From positions 96,001-160,000 of the forward strand of contig CAWJYV010000008.1 of NCBI GenBank assembly GCA_963847185.1: a stretch of DNA of 64,000 nt. Direction: 5' to 3'. The notes beneath the pieces were generated by a model. The model saw nothing but the letters and a program-made list of their open reading frames with translations, was not told the DNA's origin and ran no database searches. This stretch comes from an uncultured Methanosarcinaceae archaeon. Lineage in GTDB: Archaea; Halobacteriota; Methanosarcinia; Methanosarcinales; Methanosarcinaceae. A program made the translations under genes and the position numbers. Position 1 is the stretch's first letter. Every line of letters begins with the position of its first letter. This document shows positions 61,420 to 64,000 of the stretch, piece by piece.

Positions 61420-62226
61420 ATGGGAAACGATAACTGGCCCGAAGTCGGAGAGTTTGTTGTCTGCACTGTAAAGAATGTAACGGATTTCGGAGCCTATGTC
61501 GAGCTTGAGGAATTCGGAGGAAGGGAAGGTTTCATCCATATCTCTGAAATTAAAGCAGGCTGGGTCAAGTACGTCAGAGACTACATAAGAGAAGGACAGA
61601 AAGTTGTCTGCAAGGTTCTGAACGTGGACCCCTCCCGCGGCCACATCGACCTTTCATTGAAAGACGTGAACGAGCACCAGCGGCGTGCTAAGATCCAGGA
61701 ATGGAAAAATGAGCAAAAAGCCGCAAAGTGGCTCCAGTTCGTAGCTGAAGAGACTAAGACCGATGACGGTAACCTGGAATCTCTGCATGAAAAACTCGTA
61801 GAGGAATTCGGAAGTGCATATTCAGCTTTTGAAGAAGCGGCTATCGAAGGGGAAAAAGCCTTTAAAGGGCTCAAAGTCAATAAAAAATACTTAAAGAGCA
61901 TAATCAAGATAGCAGGCGAAAATATCAAACTTCCCTTTGTAGATATTGCAGGGTATGTAGACCTGACATGCAACCTTCCAAACGGTGTAGAGGTCATAAA
62001 ACAGGCTCTCAGTGCTGCAAACTCTATCAGTGAAGTAGATGGAAAAGATGTCAGGCTCGAAATCAGTTATGTAGGAGCTCCTAGATACAGAATCAAGGTA
62101 ATTGCTCCTGATTATAAGAAAGCCGAGTCAGTCCTGAAGAAATCCGGTCAGACAGCAGTGGATTCCATTGCCAAGATTGGAGGACATGGGACTTTCAAGA
62201 GGCACATCGAATCAGCAAAGGCGTGA
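61420..62226 (+). CDS. eif2a: Translation initiation factor aIF-2 alpha
   Basis: WPEVGE S1 domain, GFIHISE, GHIDLSLK and GAPRY motifs. Confidence 0.95.
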   Translation: MGNDNWPEVGEFVVCTVKNVTDFGAYVELEEFGGREGFIHISEIKAGWVKYVRDYIREGQKVVCKVLNVDPSRGHIDLSLKDVNEHQRRAKIQEWKNEQKAAKWLQFVAEETKTDDGNLESLHEKLVEEFGSAYSAFEEAAIEGEKAFKGLKVNKKYLKSIIKIAGENIKLPFVDIAGYVDLTCNLPNGVEVIKQALSAANSISEVDGKDVRLEISYVGAPRYRIKVIAPDYKKAESVLKKSGQTAVDSIAKIGGHGTFKRHIESAKA

Positions 62227-62232
62227 TGCCCT

Positions 62233-62388
62233 TTGGGACAAAAGATCCGCAAATGCAAAAATTGCGGCAGGTACACCTTAAGGGAAAAATGTCCGGTCTG
62301 CGGGGAACAAGCTTTACCTGCGGTTCCGGCCCGCTTTTCTCCTCAGGACCCTTATGGTAGGTACCGCAGACTGGCAAAGAAAAGATAA
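62233..62388 (+). CDS. nop10: H/ACA RNP protein Nop10 (not in the ORF track)
   Basis: Own translation from TTG: MGQKIRKCKNCGRYTLREKCPVCG...PARFSPQDPYGRYRR. Confidence 0.92.
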   Translation: MGQKIRKCKNCGRYTLREKCPVCGEQALPAVPARFSPQDPYGRYRRLAKKR

Positions 62389-62397
62389 GGAATTGTT

Positions 62398-63168
62398 ATG
62401 CAGCAAAGTACACTTGTCCGCCTGAAAGAAGATCTTGAGCTTAGCAAACCCATATTTGTAGTCGGACTTCCAGGAGTCGGGCTCGTAGGCAAGCTGGTGG
62501 CAGAGCACCTTATAGATGAACTTAAGGCTGAAAAGATAATGGAAGTTTATTCTCCCCATTTTCCCCCTCAGGTTCTTGTCAATAAAGATTGTACTGTACG
62601 GCCGGTAAGCAATACAGTATATTATGGAAAAGTAAACGGAAGTGACATCCTTTTCCTTGTTGGAGACCATCAAAGCACTACTTCGCAGGGGCATTATGAA
62701 CTCTGTTCTCTTTACCTTGATATTGCAGAGGAGTTTGGAGTGCCCAGAATTTACACTCTGGGAGGTTATCCCACAGGTAAATTGACGTACGAAGAAACAG
62801 TTCTTGGGGTTGCAAATAATATTAAACTGATCGAAGAGATCAAGAACTACGGGGTAGAATTCAGGGAATCCGAACCAAGCGGAGGAATTGTAGGGGCTTC
62901 AGGATTGCTTGTAGCTTTCAGCCAGATGCGGGGTATTGATGCCGTCTGCCTTATGGGTATGACACCCGGTTATCTGATGGACCCTAAAAGCGCCCAGTTT
63001 CTTCTCAGAGTAATCTGTAAGATTTTCAATATTGAAGTAAACATGGACTCTCTTGAGAAAAAAGTCGAGGAAATGGAAAGTATTCTGGAAAAGCTGAAGG
63101 AAAAAGAAGAACAGCAAAATTTCCCGGAGATAAAACCAACTGATGAAGATCTGCGTTACATAGGTTGA
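62398..63168 (+). CDS. Proteasome assembly chaperone (PAC2) family protein
   Basis: GLPGVGLVGK, HFPPQV, GDHQ, TLGG, GGIVGASG and DPKSA motifs. Confidence 0.9.
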   Translation: MQQSTLVRLKEDLELSKPIFVVGLPGVGLVGKLVAEHLIDELKAEKIMEVYSPHFPPQVLVNKDCTVRPVSNTVYYGKVNGSDILFLVGDHQSTTSQGHYELCSLYLDIAEEFGVPRIYTLGGYPTGKLTYEETVLGVANNIKLIEEIKNYGVEFRESEPSGGIVGASGLLVAFSQMRGIDAVCLMGMTPGYLMDPKSAQFLLRVICKIFNIEVNMDSLEKKVEEMESILEKLKEKEEQQNFPEIKPTDEDLRYIG

Positions 63169-63251
63169 ATAGTGCATTAACAGGGTATAACTCATTAAAT
63201 ACTAAGGTAATGAAACTCTAAAAACTGGAAATTCCTGGTAAAGGGACGGAA

Positions 63252-64000
63252 ATGAAAGTCAATACAGACCTCCATCTCCATTCAAAATACTCCATGGCGT
63301 CTTCCAGGCAGATGGAACTGCCACTGATTGCCAGAGAGGCTTCAAAAAAAGGGATGGAGCTTATTGGTACTGCGGATTGTACTCATCCGAAGTGGCTCGA
63401 AGAAATCAAAAAAGCATCCATTTCAGATGAAGAAATCCGAATAGAAGACATTTATTTTATCCCTACTACCGAGATAGAAGACAGCAAACGAGTACATCAC
63501 CTTCTTATTTTACCTTCGATTTCAAAGGCTGAAGAGCTTGCAGAGCGCATTGCTCCTTTCGGAAACCTGGAAGCCGATGGTCGCCCTACTATCAGGCTGG
63601 AAGGACGTGAAATTGCAGAAATCGCCAAGGATCTTGGGGCCCTTATTGGTCCCTGCCATGCTTTCACTCCCTGGACAGCCCTTTATGGCTATCATGACAA
63701 CCTTGAGAGCTGTTATGGGGATATGACAGATTACATTTCTTTTCTTGAACTTGGCCTGAGTGCGGACAGCGATTACGCAGACAGGATAAAAGAACTTCAT
63801 CGTTTGACTTTTCTCTCAAATTCTGATGCTCATTCTCCCTATGCTAACAAACTGGCCAGGGAGTTTACTCAGTTTGAAGTTCCTGAGATCACCTTTGACG
63901 GCTTAAAAAAAGCTATCCTTAGAGAGCAGGGATATAAGGCTACTCTTAATGTGGGTTTCTTTCCTCAAGAAGGCAAATATAATCAATCAGCCTGTATTAA
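63252..64000 (+). CDS. PHP-domain protein (TIGR00375-like), truncated at window edge
   Basis: MKVNTDLHLHSKYS, GTADCTHP, HHL, PCHAFTPW, ELGLSAD and SNSDAHS motifs; open to the end of the window. Confidence 0.85.
   Translation, partial: MKVNTDLHLHSKYSMASSRQMELPLIAREASKKGMELIGTADCTHPKWLEEIKKASISDEEIRIEDIYFIPTTEIEDSKRVHHLLILPSISKAEELAERIAPFGNLEADGRPTIRLEGREIAEIAKDLGALIGPCHAFTPWTALYGYHDNLESCYGDMTDYISFLELGLSADSDYADRIKELHRLTFLSNSDAHSPYANKLAREFTQFEVPEITFDGLKKAILREQGYKATLNVGFFPQEGKYNQSACI

Overview
This is an archaeal chromosome segment, almost certainly from Methanosarcina, judged from hdrED, the PKD/NosD surface-protein array, dmrX, methanogenesis marker 9, pycBA-birA and a single histone gene. Most of the window is core genes: ubiX, tRNA-Pro(UGG), nurA-herA, RNase P RNA, hdrED, trmJ, mcm, pycBA/birA, histone, rfcS, thpR, dacZ, rqcH-pelota, priS-GINS and the rpl44e-rps27e-aIF2a-nop10-PAC2 operon. 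The most interesting accessory element (55.9-58.2 kb) pairs an EACC1-like gene with a caspase fused to an FGE-sulfatase/CLec domain. The 3' end of that gene has the codon pattern and downstream hairpin expected of a diversity-generating-retroelement target, but no RT or template repeat is present in the window. Other notable items are a three-copy structured repeat with compensatory base changes (44.8-45.1 kb and 55.7 kb), a FliH-like/PKD gene pair next to MITE remnants (28.6-31.9 kb), and a DUF116/geranylgeranyl-reductase cluster downstream of hdrED. Several genes are frameshifted (rqcH, the FGE domain, a ferredoxin, a GGR remnant); this may be real decay or local sequencing error. All family assignments come from motif recognition, not database searches.
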